Shown: piece by piece, positions 62,666-64,000 of the stretch
Layout of the letters: each line of letters begins with the position of its first letter
How positions within the stretch are numbered: the stretch's first letter is position 1
Origin: an uncultured Candidatus Rokubacteria bacterium
Lineage (GTDB): Bacteria; Methylomirabilota; Methylomirabilia; Rokubacteriales; DASRDR01
Reading direction: 5' to 3'
Length of the DNA: 64,000 nt
NCBI GenBank assembly: GCA_963708025.1
Contig: CAVPSB010000032.1
Coordinates: 1-64,000 of the forward strand
Notes under the pieces: generated by a model
What the model was told of the DNA's origin: nothing
What the model saw: only the letters and a program-made list of their open reading frames with translations
Databases searched by the model: none
Translations under genes and position numbers: made by a program

Positions 62666-62986
62666 TCAGTGCTTGGGGGCTTCGACCTTGACGGTGTCGG
62701 CCGTCCGGTGGTCCACCGCCCGGTTGTCGGGCAGCAGCACCAGCAGGAGCAGCGTCCCGATGGCCAGCGGGGTGAGCGCGATGTACGCGAGCGTGCGGGT
62801 CTCGAAGCGGAGGTGCATGAAGTACATCGCCACCAGTGCCGCCTTGGTCACCGCCAGCGCCACCAGCAGGGTGCCGACGACCACCTTGTTGAAGCCGGGG
62901 AGGATCACGGCGATCTCGACCACGGTGAGCGCGGCCAGCCACCAGAAGATCGCCATGTAGTTCGTCTTGTGCTCAGTGTCGGCCAC
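62666..62986 (-). CDS. Cytochrome c oxidase subunit IV family
   Basis: LTVVE, KAALVAMYFMHLRFE. Confidence 0.9.
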   Translation of the reverse strand: MADTEHKTNYMAIFWWLAALTVVEIAVILPGFNKVVVGTLLVALAVTKAALVAMYFMHLRFETRTLAYIALTPLAIGTLLLLVLLPDNRAVDHRTADTVKVEAPKH

Positions 62987-63001
62987 GGCTGCCTCCCGCC
63001 C

Positions 63002-63619
<618 letters not shown>

Positions 63620-63640
63620 GATCGCTCTCCTTGTGGGTGA

Positions 63641-64000
63641 TCATGCGAGATAGACGAGCAGGTACAGGATCGGCCACAGGGCGACCACGAAGTGCCAGTA
63701 CATCGCGCAGACGGCCACCCCCACGTGGTCCCGGGCCGCGTAGCGCCCGCGGGTCGCGGCCCACGTCACCAGCGTCAGCCAGACGAGCGCCACCAGGACG
63801 TGGACCCCGTGGGCACCGATCAGCGTGTAGAAGGTGGCGCCGTAGGCCCCGGAGGACGCCGTCAGGCCGAAGCCGATCAGCCGGATCCACTCGGCCCCCT
63901 GGACCGCGAGGAAGAGCGCGCCGAGGCCGGCCGTCCGGACGAGCTCGGTGACCAGGCGGCGGCGGTCGTCCCGGCGCACGGCGCGAAGCGCGCGGGTCAG
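63641..64000 (-). CDS. Heme-copper oxidase subunit III paralog (5' part outside window)
   Basis: FYTLIGAHGVHV, YWHFVVALW. Confidence 0.88.
   Translation of the reverse strand: MTRALRAVRRDDRRRLVTELVRTAGLGALFLAVQGAEWIRLIGFGLTASSGAYGATFYTLIGAHGVHVLVALVWLTLVTWAATRGRYAARDHVGVAVCAMYWHFVVALWPILYLLVYLA

Overview
A very GC-rich bacterial chromosomal window. Gene content and palindromic intergenic repeats suggest Candidatus Rokubacteria/Methylomirabilota; this is inference only. About 60 CDS are recognisable: ABC transporters, signalling proteins, central metabolism, a CHAT/CHASE2-cyclase module, and the 3' end of a cytochrome c oxidase operon followed by PCP_red-domain, USP and radical SAM genes. No rRNA, tRNA, CRISPR array or intact transposase was seen. 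Several genes have single-base frameshifts, clustered near 2.3-3.7 kb and 36.9-43.4 kb, which look like long-read errors. Main discovery (4.5-8.0 kb): a divergent DUF692/MNIO oxidase and its coupled partner lie next to two divergently transcribed, unannotated 17-aa paralogous peptides. One is MALEVLDTVEVLPTCHA. The other, after correcting one base, is MQLEI(V/F)DTLEIVPT-U-HN, with TGA at the Cys position and a SECIS-like hairpin just downstream. An ATP-grasp-like ligase is adjacent. This suggests a candidate sulfur/selenium twin-precursor RiPP system. Three other genes that the ORF track splits at TGA read through as selenoproteins with UxxC motifs and downstream hairpins: a PCYCGC-like protein, a UGSC-family protein and a thioredoxin-like protein.
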